Translations under genes and position numbers: made by a program
The notes under the pieces: model-generated
Databases searched by the model: none
Told to the model about the DNA's origin: nothing
Seen by the model: the letters and a program-made list of their open reading frames with translations, nothing else
Origin: Eledone cirrhosa
Taxonomy: Eukaryota
Assembly: GCA_964016885.1 (NCBI GenBank)
Contig: CAXHJY010001435.1
Location: forward strand, 1-41,037
Length of the DNA: 41,037 bases
Direction: 5' to 3'
In this document: piece by piece, positions 1-16,200 of the stretch
Layout: the number at the start of each line of letters is the position of its first letter
Numbering within the stretch: position 1 is the stretch's first letter

Positions 1-642
<642 letters not shown>

Positions 643-644
643 AA

Positions 645-979
645 ATGTGTAAAATACGTAGTTAAGAAAGCCACAACAATGCAGAGGGAAATCTCAGGTA
701 GGAAGTGAATGATAGATAGGAGAAACAGGTGAAAGTGAAAATTGAGAGAGACAAAGATGAAAACAAAACAAAGGAAGAAGGGTTACCGTATTGGAGATTT
801 AATCCCAATATTTCGGGCTCACGCCCATCAACGGGGAAAACCTTTCTACCTTTGTATTGTTTTCATCTTTGTCTCTCTCAATTTTCACTTTCACCTGTTT
901 TTCCTATCTATCATTCACTTCCTACCTCGAGATTTCCCTCTGCATTGTTGTGGCTTTCTTAACTACGTATTTTATACAT
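645..979. repeat. Long fold-back inverted repeat (arms ~140 bp: 645-784 / 839-979) flanked by TA arrays
   Basis: aaaatacgtagttaagaaagccacaacaatgcagagggaaatctc... is the reverse complement of ...gagatttccctctgcattgttgtggctttcttaactacgtatttt, with only a few mismatches and one indel. Confidence 0.95.
781..842 (-). ncRNA. Degenerate type I hammerhead-like motif in the loop of the fold-back
   Basis: Minus strand reads ggttttcc-CCGTTGA-t-gggc gtga gccc-GAAA-tattgg gattaaatct ccaata-c-ggtaacc. Topology fits an HHR, but the CUGANGA box and the UH site are altered. Confidence 0.5.
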
Positions 980-995
980 ATATATATATATATAT

Positions 996-1040
<45 letters not shown>

Positions 1041-1186
1041 CATATATATATACATATACAATACATATATATATACATATACATACATATATATATACAT
1101 ATACATACATATATATATACATATACATATACATACATATATATATACATATACATATATATACACATATATATATACATATATAT

Positions 1187-1223
<37 letters not shown>

Positions 1224-1278
1224 CACATATACATATATATACACATATATATATATATATATACGTATACACATATAC
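980..1278. repeat. (TA)n/CA microsatellite
   Basis: Direct read. Confidence 0.97.
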
Positions 1279-2113
1279 AAAATCAGCAGTGGGGCAGGGT
1301 GCTCTGAAAGTACAGTAGCTAGTGTCAGAACTGCATGGAAAAAGTTCAGAGAGCTTATACCACTATTAGCTCCCTAAAAATGAAAGGCAGGTTGTATGAT
1401 GCCTGCATACGAACAGCAATGTTGCATGGCAGTGAGACCTGGGCATTGTGTACAGAGGATATACACAGACTAGAGAGGAACGAAGCTTGCATGCTCCGCT
1501 GGATGTGTAATAGTAATATACGTGAACGGCTAAGCATAAACGAACTAAGGAAAAAATTAGAAATAAGAGGGATCAGATGTTGTTTACTCGAGAGAAGGCT
1601 ACGTTGGTATGGTCACGTGATGCGCATGAAAGACGACAGCTGTATAACAAAGTGCAGGGCAATAAAGATAGACGGTAGCCACGGAGTAGGCAGACCCAGA
1701 AAAACCTGGGACGACATGATAAATTCCGACCTCACACGCTTACACCTCTCCAAGACAATGTCACTGTACCGAGACCTTTGGCGGTACTCAGTAATAGAGA
1801 ACAAAACACACCCCCGTCCCCCCACCCCTTTCAATGTAAAGTTATGTTAGTGCCACAACATCCAGGCCGAAACAAATGAGATCGTGTAGGTGTCACGACA
1901 AAAAACACACAATCCACGCTGTAATGTGGCCGTGTAGGCAACACAGTAAAAACCTCCCAGACCCACACTGTAAATGTGGTTGGTGTTAGAAAGGGCATCC
2001 AGCTGTAGAAAACCCGCCAGACAGTCCTATGCGAGCAAGACAATCACTCTTGCCTCAAGTGGGAAAACCCCCGTCCAAACCCATGCAAGCGTGGAACACG
2101 GACGATGATGATG
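1279..2113 (+). mobile_element. RTE-clade LINE, 5'-truncated 3' fragment (copy 1) with 3' UTR and (GAT)n tail
   Basis: Translation [12 protein letters not shown] / KGRLYDACIRTAMLHGSETWAL...RRLRWYGHVMRM...GRPRKTW is the RTE ORF C-terminus. Frameshifted by a short deletion near 1370 relative to copy 3; ends gacgatgatgatga. Confidence 0.92.
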
Positions 2114-3131
2114 ACACATACATATATATACATACATATACATATATACACATACATATATATACACATATATACATATATATACATATACACATATATA
2201 TATACACAATACACCATATACACCTATACACCAAATAAATATACACCTACACATATATCACCCCTACCCACACATATACTACCTATACCCCATATATCCA
2301 CATATATACTACCATATACCACCACATATATATGTATACCATACTCTACATATCACAAATATATACATATACACATATACATATACACATATATACATAT
2401 ATCCACATATATATATCTATATATCTATATACACACATATATATATATATATATAAAAATATACATATATATAAATATATACACATATATATACATATAT
2501 ACACCTATATATATATATACACATATATATATACATATACACATATATATATACACATATATATATACACATATATATACATATACACATATATATATAC
2601 ATATACATAGATATCATATACATATACACATATATATATATATATACCATATACACATATAATACTATACATACACATATATATACATATATACATATAC
2701 ACATATATATACATATCTACATATACACACATATATATATATACATATACACACATATATATATATACATATACACATATACACACATATATATATATAC
2801 ATATACAAATATATAATATATATACACATACATATATATAAACAATATATACACATATACACATATACATATACATATATATACATATACATATATATAT
2901 ATATATACATATACACATTTACACATATCACATATATATACATATACATATATATATATATATACATATACACATATATATATACATATATATATATATA
3001 TACATATACAATATATATATACATATACACATATATATATACATATATACATATTCAATATATACATATACACATATATATATATATATACACATATACA
3101 TATATACATATTCATATATACATATACACAT

Positions 3132-3164
<33 letters not shown>

Positions 3165-3759
3165 CATATACATATATACATATACACACATATATACATA
3201 TATACATATACATATATACATATACATATATACATATATATATATATACATGTATATATATACATATATACATATATACATATATACATATACACATACA
3301 TATACATATACACATATATATATATACATATACACATATATATATATACATACACATATATATATATACATACACATATATATATATACACATACACATA
3401 TATATATATACATACACATATATATATACACATACACATATATATATATACATACACATATACATATATACATACACATATATACATACACATATATATA
3501 TACACATATATATATACATATATATATACATATATATATACATATATATATACATATACACATATATATACATATACACATATATATATACATATACACA
3601 TATACATATACATATACACATATATATACATATATATATATATATACATATATATACATATACATATATATACATATATATATATACATATATATACATA
3701 TATATATATACATATATATACATATATATATATACATATATATACATATATATATATAC

Positions 3760-3790
<31 letters not shown>

Positions 3791-4343
3791 CATACATATA
3801 TATATATACATATATATATATATACATATATATATATACATATATATATACATATATATATACATATATATATACATATATATATACATATATATATATA
3901 CATATATATATATACATATATATATATACATATATATATATACATATATATATATACATATATATATATACATATATATATATACATATACATATATATA
4001 TATACATATATATATATACATATATATATACATATACATATACACATATATATATATACATATATATATATACATATATATATATACATATATATATATA
4101 CATATATACATATATATATACATATATACATATATATATACATATATATATACATATATATATACATATATATATACATATATATATACACATATATATA
4201 CATATATATATACACATATATATACACATATATATATACATATATATATACATATATATATACATATATATATACATATATATATACATATATATATACA
4301 TATATATATACATATATATATACATATATATATACATATATAC

Positions 4344-4374
<31 letters not shown>

Positions 4375-4385
4375 CATAAATATAT

Positions 4386-4426
<41 letters not shown>

Positions 4427-4455
4427 CATATACATACATATATATACATACATAC

Positions 4456-4500
<45 letters not shown>

Positions 4501-4575
4501 CATATATATATACATATATATATATATACATATACATATACATATATACATATACATATACATATATACATATAC

Positions 4576-4607
<32 letters not shown>

Positions 4608-4711
4608 ATATACATATATATATATACATATACATATATATATATACATATACATATATACATATATATATACATATATATATACATATATATACATATA
4701 TACATATATAC

Positions 4712-4742
<31 letters not shown>

Positions 4743-4892
4743 CATATATATATACATATATACATATATATATACATATATATATACATATATATATATA
4801 ATATACATATATATATACATATATACATATATATATACATATATATATATATATACATATATATACATATATATATATATACATATATATAC

Positions 4893-4929
<37 letters not shown>

Positions 4930-4960
4930 CATACACATATATATACATACATATATACAC

Positions 4961-5025
<65 letters not shown>

Positions 5026-5026
5026 C

Positions 5027-5057
<31 letters not shown>

Positions 5058-5058
5058 C

Positions 5059-5089
<31 letters not shown>

Positions 5090-5120
5090 CATATATATAT
5101 ACATATATATATATATATAC

Positions 5121-5151
<31 letters not shown>

Positions 5152-5152
5152 C

Positions 5153-5183
<31 letters not shown>

Positions 5184-5361
5184 CATATATATATACATAT
5201 ATATATATATACATATATATACATATATATACATATATATATACATATATATGTATATATATATATACACATATACATATATATATATATACATATATAT
5301 ATATACATACATATATACACATATACATATATATATATATACATACATATATACACAGACA

Positions 5362-5411
<50 letters not shown>

Positions 5412-5416
5412 CATAC

Positions 5417-5465
<49 letters not shown>

Positions 5466-5520
5466 CATACATATATACACATATACATATATATATATAT
5501 GTACATATATATATATATAC

Positions 5521-5555
<35 letters not shown>

Positions 5556-5690
5556 CATACATACATACACATATATATATATATACATATACATACATAC
5601 ATACACATATATATATATATACATATACATATACACATATATATACATCTATACATATACATATATACATACATACATACATATATACAT
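2114..5690. repeat. ~3.6 kb (TA)n/CA microsatellite array; 2200-2420 is noisy and C-rich
   Basis: Direct read. Confidence 0.97.
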
Positions 5691-5695
5691 ACGAG

Positions 5696-5742
5696 ATTCT
5701 ACAGGACTAGAACTGTTTCATTCATTAGAAATCATCAGGAAT
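5696..5742 (-). ncRNA. Type I hammerhead ribozyme within a ~130 bp island (5691-5818)
   Basis: Minus strand: attc-CTGATGA-tttc taat gaat-GAAA-cag ttctagtc ctg-TA-gaat. Stem I attc/gaat, stem II ttc/gaa with a U-U at its base, stem III acag/ctgt, GUA cleavage triplet. Confidence 0.78.
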
Positions 5743-5818
5743 ATTAAAACTGTTATACTCTGCTATGTATTGAGTACCTTACTTGCTGTGGTTACCTCCG
5801 ATTCAACCCGGAATAACG

Positions 5819-5829
5819 TATATATATAA

Positions 5830-5862
<33 letters not shown>

Positions 5863-5863
5863 A

Positions 5864-5904
<41 letters not shown>

Positions 5905-6344
5905 TATACATATATATACATATATATACATATATATACATATATATACATATATATACATATATATACATACATATATATATACATATATATACATATA
6001 TATACATATATATACATATATATACATATATATACATATATATACATATATATACATACATATATATACATATATATATATACATATATATACATATATA
6101 TATATAACATATATATACATATATATATACATATATATACATATATACATACATATATATATATATACATACATATATATATATATACATACATATATAT
6201 ATATATACATACATATATATATATATACATACATATATATATACATACATATATATATATATACATACATATATATATATACATACATATATATATACAT
6301 ACATATATATATATATACATATATATACATATATATATACATAC
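5819..6344. repeat. (TA)n/CA microsatellite
   Basis: Direct read. Confidence 0.97.
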
Positions 6345-6958
6345 ATGGTGGCTGCCAACTCGTTTTCGAGTACGGCCACTACTTTATATCCATGTAGGAG
6401 AACTCCTACTGATGCGCTAAACAAGTGTGACTTTTTAGTCCAGCCAGCGACTTGAAAACTCTGGTACAAACACTACACTTGTGACAATTATTGACACATA
6501 GTGCTGGGCCCATGGTACCATGTGACGACAAGTGCAGAGAGATCTCCAGATATAAAGCAATGCCTGTGCTGTGAAGCTTTTATAGTGAGGAAAGGAACTG
6601 CACAAAGCCAGTCCCACTCTCTTAACCAAGATGATATTTACCAAAAAGAAGAACAAGTCAACATCATTGGATACCATCAGGGTTTGCAGGTGTTATATCA
6701 GAGTTTTCCTTCTCCTAGAATTCTGCCTTGACAAAGGCTAAGGGGTCATCTCTCCCGGTGATTTTGGATGGCCATTGACTCTTAAGAGCTCCTTTGCCCT
6801 TTGACAGGTTTTGTTTTTAGTCCTGCAGGATGTCCAAAGTCACCCTCCTCACCAAGAAACCTTGGTGGGGTTGCCAGTTTAGTCGCCAACAACCCGACCA
6901 TGTGACAGGTTGTACTGGGATACATGTTACCAGTAGCACCAACTGGTGACCTGACCTG
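6345..6958 (-). mobile_element. Non-autonomous, internally deleted RTE-like element (5' UTR joined to 3' end), copy A
   Basis: Closely similar to 11922-12560 with the same ends. Contains the RTE 5' UTR-like motif ctaggagaaggaaaactctgat and a remnant C-terminal C2H2-like finger. TA arrays on both sides. Confidence 0.72.
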
Positions 6959-6982
6959 ATATATACATACATATATACATAC

Positions 6983-7013
<31 letters not shown>

Positions 7014-7340
7014 CATATACATATATATACATATATATACATATATATACATATATATACATATATATACATATATATATATACATATATATACACATAT
7101 ATATGCATATATATATACATATATATATACATATATATACACATATATATACACATATATATACACATATATATACATATATATATACATATATATACAC
7201 ATATATATACATATATATATACATATATATACACATATATATAAATATATATACATATATATATACATATATATACATATATATATATATACATACATAT
7301 ATATATATATACATACATATATATATATATACATATATAC
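6959..7340. repeat. (TA)n/CA microsatellite
   Basis: Direct read. Confidence 0.97.
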
Positions 7341-8376
7341 TCTTTTACTCTTTTACCTGTTTCAGCCATCCGGCTGAGGCCATGCTGGGGCACCGCCCTT
7401 GTTGCTACACATTTTATCTCCAGCCTGTATAGGTTGGCCACTGGTGTAGGAGGGAGTTTGTTGCTGCTGCCCTTAGGTTTCCCTCGTGTCTTGCTGTGGG
7501 CTCATCCGGGATCCTGGATAACAAGGTGTCGAGATGTTTCTTAAAGACATCCACCTCCACGTCATGCAAGCCTCGCAGATGCCTCGGCAGCTTGTTGAAG
7601 AGTTGAGGGCCCTTGAATCCCAGGCTATTGCAATACCTGCTCCTTATTCTAGATGTGGAAGACGGGATCTTTGGCACCACACAGTGACGTCCTGTTCGAC
7701 GGTTGGTCCAGCTCCCAATGCCAAAGTTTGGTGCTAGTCCCTCCAGGATTTTCCACATGTAGATCACTGCGTATCTCTCCCGTCTTCGCTCCAAGGAGTA
7801 GAGGTTCAGTTCCTTCAGCCTCTCCCAGTAGCTTGTCTCCCTCATCTTGGCAATCCTCTTGGTGTAGCTTCGCTGGATTGCCTCAAGCTCTGTGGTTAGT
7901 TTGACACTATGGGGTGACCACAGCTGGGAGCAGTAGTCCAGGCGGCTTAGGACAAAAGTCCTCCACAGTGTCAACATGGTGTCTCGATCTCTTGTAAGGA
8001 AAGTCCTCAAGATCCAGCCAGCGAATCGTCTACATGCTGTCGCCACCTTCATGATGTGTGAAGAAAAAGATGCATCATCGCTCATGTCTATGCCCAGGTC
8101 TCGTATCGATTTTGAGACGGGGATATCGGTCCCTCCTGGTCCTGTGTTCCGCTATATTTGTGTTTGTGTTTGCAGGTTTGTATTGTAGGGCTTGGAATTT
8201 GCCACCATTAAACTGCATGTTGTTTTCTTCCGCCCATCTGTATATGGCATCCAGATCCTGCTGTAAGAGGGCAGCGTCAGCCGGGTTTTTGATTGCCTGT
8301 GCTACCTTAGTGTCATCAGCATAGCTAGTGAGGGATGTTGTTGCATGCACCACAGAGGGCATGTCCGAGAGAGCCA
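7341..8376 (-). mobile_element. CR1/L2-group LINE 3' fragment (RT C-terminal half plus 3' UTR), frameshifted near 8150
   Basis: SYADDTKV...[23 protein letters not shown], then SRLDYCSQLWSP...LEAIQRSYTKRI...SYWERLKELNLYSLERRRERY. Stop at 7414-7416; tail gtaaaagagtaaaaga. Confidence 0.92.
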
Positions 8377-9689
<1,313 letters not shown>

Positions 9690-10188
9690 ATAAAAACAAA
9701 TAACGAAACGAAATTAAATTTCGTTTCGCTTCTAACTCACTTTTGTATGACTGACGCTTAAACAATTAAGTTAAAGTGTACATCTACATATGTATACGGA
9801 AGTATTAGTATGCATATAAATACACACATGTATACATATGTACATGTACTCAGCTTTTCACTAGACACTTTACAGTGAGTGTCAGCTAGTCTGTATGTAA
9901 CCACACAGGCGGACCGGGTTTTAGAGTCATACGAGTTTTCAAGGAAACACATTTCCTCTATTCTCCAGAGGGCCAGACAGGAACATTGGACTAGTTTCGA
10001 TGTTATTACATCTCATCAGCAATATTTACCCATCTTCCGGCTTCTCTGGAGAATTGTAAAAGCACATATCGTTATATGCTTTTTCTATGAAAATTAGTAG
10101 TGGGTAGACTAATTTGCATAGAACGTGAGTCAGTGTACGCACCGGTTCAGCGGAAACGATTTAATTTCGTTTCGTTATTTGTTTTTAT
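9690..10188 (-). mobile_element. ~500 bp non-coding hammerhead-bearing element with 30 bp terminal inverted repeats, inserted in a TA array
   Basis: ataaaaacaaataacgaaacgaaattaaat (9690-9719) is the exact reverse complement of 10159-10188. Internal HHR and several hairpins. Confidence 0.8.
9982..10026 (-). ncRNA. Minimal type I hammerhead ribozyme (best-preserved copy)
   Basis: Minus strand: aatattg-CTGATGA-gatgt aata acatc-GAAA-ctag-TC-caatgtt. 7 bp stem I, 5 bp stem II starting G-C, palindromic CUAG in place of stem III, GUC site. Confidence 0.9.
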
Positions 10189-10194
10189 CGTTTG

Positions 10195-11921
<1,727 letters not shown>

Positions 11922-11923
<2 letters not shown>

Positions 11924-12560
11924 GGTGGCTGCCAACTCGTTTTCGAGTACGGCCACTACTTTACATCCATGTAGGATAACCCCTACCGAAGCGCTGAACG
12001 AGTGTGACTTTTTAGTCCAGCCAGCGACTTGAAACCTCTGGTACAAACACTACACCTGTGACAATTATTGACACATAGTGCTAGGCCCATGGTAGGACAA
12101 TTATTGACACATAGTGCTGGGCCCATGTGAGGACGAGTGCAGAGAGATCTCCAGATATAAAGCAATGCCTGTGCCGTGAAGCTTTTATAGTGAGCAAAGG
12201 CACTGCACAAAGCCAGTCCCACTCTCTTAACCAAGATGCTATTTACCAAAAAGAAGAACAAGTCAACATCATTGGATACCATCAGGGTTGCAGGTGTTAT
12301 ATCAGAGTTTTCCTTCTCCTAGAATTCTGCCTTGACTAAGGCTAAAGGGGTCATCTCTCCCGGTGATTTTGGATGGCCATTGACTCTTAAGAGCTCCTTT
12401 GCCCTTTGACAGGTTTTGTTTTTAGTCCTGCAGGATGTCCAAAGTCACCCTCCTCACCAAGAAACCTTGGTGGGGTTGCCAGTTTAGTCGCCAACGAACC
12501 GACCATGAGACAGGTTGTACTGGGATACATGTTACCAGTAGCACCAACTGGTGACCTGAC
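11922..12560 (-). mobile_element. Non-autonomous, internally deleted RTE-like element, copy B (36 bp internal tandem duplication from 12060)
   Basis: Paralogue of 6345-6958. Encodes remnant [19 protein letters not shown] (C2H2-like finger typical of some RTE ORF ends). gacaattattgacacatagtgct occurs at 12060 and 12096. Confidence 0.72.
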
Positions 12561-12769
12561 ATAAAACATATATATATATACATATATATACATACATACA
12601 TATATATATATATACATATATATACATACATATATATATATATACATACATATATATATATACATATATATACATACATATACATATATATACATACATA
12701 TATATACATATATATACATACATATATATATATATACATATATATACATACATATATATACATATATAC

Positions 12770-12801
<32 letters not shown>

Positions 12802-12923
12802 ATACATATATATACATATATATACATATATACATATATACACATATATACATATATACACATATATACATATATATACATATATACATATATATACATA
12901 TATATACATATACATATATATAC

Positions 12924-12956
<33 letters not shown>

Positions 12957-14014
12957 CACATATATATATATATACATATATATACATACATATATATATA
13001 CATATATATATATATACATATATATACATACATATATATATATATACATATATACATATATATACATATATACATATATATATACATATATATATACATA
13101 TATACATATATATATACATATATATATATATACATATATATATACATATATATATACATATATATATATATACATATATATATATACATATATATATATA
13201 TACATATATATATATACATATATATATATACATATATATATACATATATATATATATACATATATATATATACATATATATATACATATATATATACATA
13301 TATATATACATATATATATACATATATATATACATATATATATACATATATATATATATACATATACATACATATATACATACATACATACATATACATA
13401 TATATATATATACATATATATATACATATATATATACATATATATATATATACATATACATACATATATACATACATACATATATATGTGTATATATATA
13501 TGTGTATATGTAAGTATATATATATATATGTATGTATGTATATGTATGTATATATATAATGTATATGTATGTATATATATATATATGTATATATACATAT
13601 ACATACATATACATATATACAATACATATACATACATATACATATATACAATACATATATACATATATATAATACATATACATACATATACATATACATA
13701 TATACAATACATATATACATATATATATATACATATATATAATACATATATACATATACATATATATAATACATATACATATATATAATACATATACATA
13801 TATATAATACATATATACATATACATATATATAATACATATATACATATATATATACATATACATATATATACATTACATATACATATATATACATATAT
13901 ATACATATATATATACATATATATATATATATACATATATATATACATATATATATACATATACATGTATATACACACATACATGTATATACACACATAT
14001 ACATATATATATAC

Positions 14015-14101
<87 letters not shown>

Positions 14102-14150
14102 TATATACACATATATATACACACATATATATATACATATATGTGTATGT
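12561..14150. repeat. (TA)n/CA microsatellite with an inverted (TG-containing) patch at ~13487-13590
   Basis: Direct read. Confidence 0.96.
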
Positions 14151-14414
14151 ATCTCTTAGTCTTAGATTCTTCCGTGCTGTTCGGCACATCGAGCTGGACA
14201 TGCTCACCAACATCCAGAGTTGACATTGCACTCAGTGCTCCTGTGGGTGCACCTACATGGACATACTGGAAGAGGAAGACCAAGGTTAACATATGTTGAT
14301 GCCCTAAGGACAGACACTGGTCTGTTGGAGACACAGGACATGGCAGCGATAATGAGGGACAGAGACCGCTGGAGAGAACTCGTCCATGGATCTCGGGAAT
14401 TTTACCCGCCCTAA
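14151..14414 (+). mobile_element. RTE-like LINE extreme 3' fragment (second family)
   Basis: [18 protein letters not shown]...[19 protein letters not shown]...[11 protein letters not shown], stop at 14412-14414. Confidence 0.8.
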
Positions 14415-14649
14415 ATAGATAGATATATATATATATATATAAGGCGGGTAAAATATATATATATATATGTGTGAAATTTCTATACATATTGTATAAAGCT
14501 ATGTTTGAAGCGAAATCTTATTTCTTTTTGAATATAAGTTGAACCAACTTATGCAGCTTCATATGCAAATGAGATTAATCACCTCATTTACGAGAAAACT
14601 ATATATTCTCGACTGTTTTCTAGTCCAGCAGTAGCAAGCGGTGGGATGG

Positions 14650-14693
14650 ACCGTCCTGACGAAGGCCAGTCAAGCCTGAAATGCATATACAGT
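14650..14693 (+). ncRNA. Minimal type I hammerhead ribozyme (stem I partly decayed) within an element at ~14470-14810
   Basis: accgtc-CTGACGA-aggc cagtcaa gcct-GAAA-tgca-TA-tacagt with palindromic UGCA. Enclosed by stem gtccagcagtagcaa (from 14623) / ttgcttctgctggac. Confidence 0.75.
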
Positions 14694-15406
14694 TGTGCCC
14701 TTTGCTTCTGCTGGACACCACCTACATTTCTTATACTCACCACCAACATTTTGCCTAGAGATTCACACCACATACACATATGTATAAAGATACACATACT
14801 GATGTGTGTATGAGCAAGGTTACTTCCCTTCAAGATGAACTGATTTGGAATGAAAACTACTGGTGTGGAATGAAACAAATTATAATCATATTACTGTATA
14901 ATGAAAGTCCAAGAGAGTAAAACGATGTTGGGAATTATAATTAAAGATAGTGTATAAAATATAAGAGTGATGATGGGAATTGGGTTATGGAAATGGTTAC
15001 TATGAGCTAGCAGTAAAGTTGCAAAGTCTTTCCGAATAGACGAAGAGAAGATCAATACATGAGGCAGTTCAGACTGACCTAAGATGTTTAATTACTTAAA
15101 AGAATGAGAAACATTTGGAGATTGGTCAAAGGGAAAAATCATTCTGCTTGACAGATTGATCCAACACAACAAAATACTAAATGATAATAACCTATAAATA
15201 TGAATTTTATAAAAATAATGGTCAATAATGTTTTTATAAGTTTGTTTTGAAACAGCGAGCGAGTTTGAAATAGAAATAGAACCTTTTGCTGTATTTTTTG
15301 ACATCAATAATCATCTTTTTCCATTTCTTAGAGGGTTCTAAACCCCACTATCAGGCTAAAATTTCTTTGTTTTTTTAATTTATTTATTCATTTTTGTTTC
15401 ACTCAT

Positions 15407-15776
15407 AGGCAGAGCTGTGTGGTTCAAAAGTTTGCATTATGGTTCTAGACTTTATCAAATTGTGTGGACCAATGCCTCATGAGTGAAAATTGGTAAGTGG
15501 AGACTGCACAGAAGCCTGTAACACACATACATATGTATGTATGTACATGTGCGTGTGTGTCTACACGTGTCTTTGGATTGAAATCACTTGGGTAGCTGAT
15601 GACATTTGTTTATGCCCTACCGGTCAGTAGTTTGATGTGTGAAGATTAGTGGAATAAGTACCATACTTAAAAACGAGTTGGCATCAGGAAGGGCTTCCAA
15701 TCATAGAATGTTGCCTTTAAAAAGTCCCATCCAACTCATGCAGGCATGAAAAAGCAGTAATAAAAACCATGATGAT
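15407..15776 (+). mobile_element. Decayed tRNA-derived SINE with RTE-type 3' tail
   Basis: Head ggcagagctgtgtggtt; tail ggcatcaggaagggcttcc...catgcaggcatg...gatgat resembles the RTE 3' ends in this window. Confidence 0.6.
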
Positions 15777-16076
15777 TCAATAAGACCAAGCCCCCACCTC
15801 TAGTTCTATGAACTCTGCCTCATTTTAAAGTGTTTCTATTTAAAATATAGCCTAATTTGATATATGAACCTTTTGTTAGGTTACAAATACCACCTTAATA
15901 ATTTTAGTAAATCCCTCTATTAAGTAAATGAAATATATTGTAAGATCATTAGAAATATTGTCACAGTTTAAACTTTACAAAAAACTGATAAGACTTAACT
16001 TGATAAAAAATGTTAATAGATGTTTGGAATTACCATGTAGTCCTGACATTTGCAACAATAGCAAACAATGGAAAGA

Positions 16077-16200
16077 TGATGGCGAATTGGCAAAGTTGTT
16101 AGAACATGGGATAGAATGCTTTTTGGTATTTGTTCCAGCTCTCTGCTCTTTGGGGTTAATAAAAAAAAAAGTACAAGTCTAATATTGGAGCTGATTCTTC
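16077..16200 (+). mobile_element. Decayed SINE-like dispersed repeat (related pieces at ~17840-17990 -, 20320-20510 -, 21575-21775 +, 29520-29620 -, 29690-30000 +)
   Basis: Motifs gagttcaaa / tttgcttttcatc / ggggttaataaaa..aagtac recur across these loci. Confidence 0.55.

Noticed and set aside
729-962. 77 aa ORF across the fold-back
   Set aside because: Its composition reflects the purine and pyrimidine arms; no protein signal.
2200-2420. C-rich irregular segment as a distinct element
   Set aside because: Looks like degraded or low-quality microsatellite sequence.
2717-5829. Long Y/I/H/M-rich ORFs (up to 985 aa), and all similar ORFs elsewhere in the track
   Set aside because: They are translations of stop-poor TA/CA microsatellite, open in several frames on both strands, so not genes.
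8310-8325. CTGATGA on the minus strand
   Set aside because: These are the YADD codons of the LINE RT; no hammerhead stems or GAAA follow.
15325-15358. Minus-strand cctgatagtggggtttagaaccctctaagaaa as a hammerhead
   Set aside because: Core boxes and spacing do not fit; too degenerate to call.
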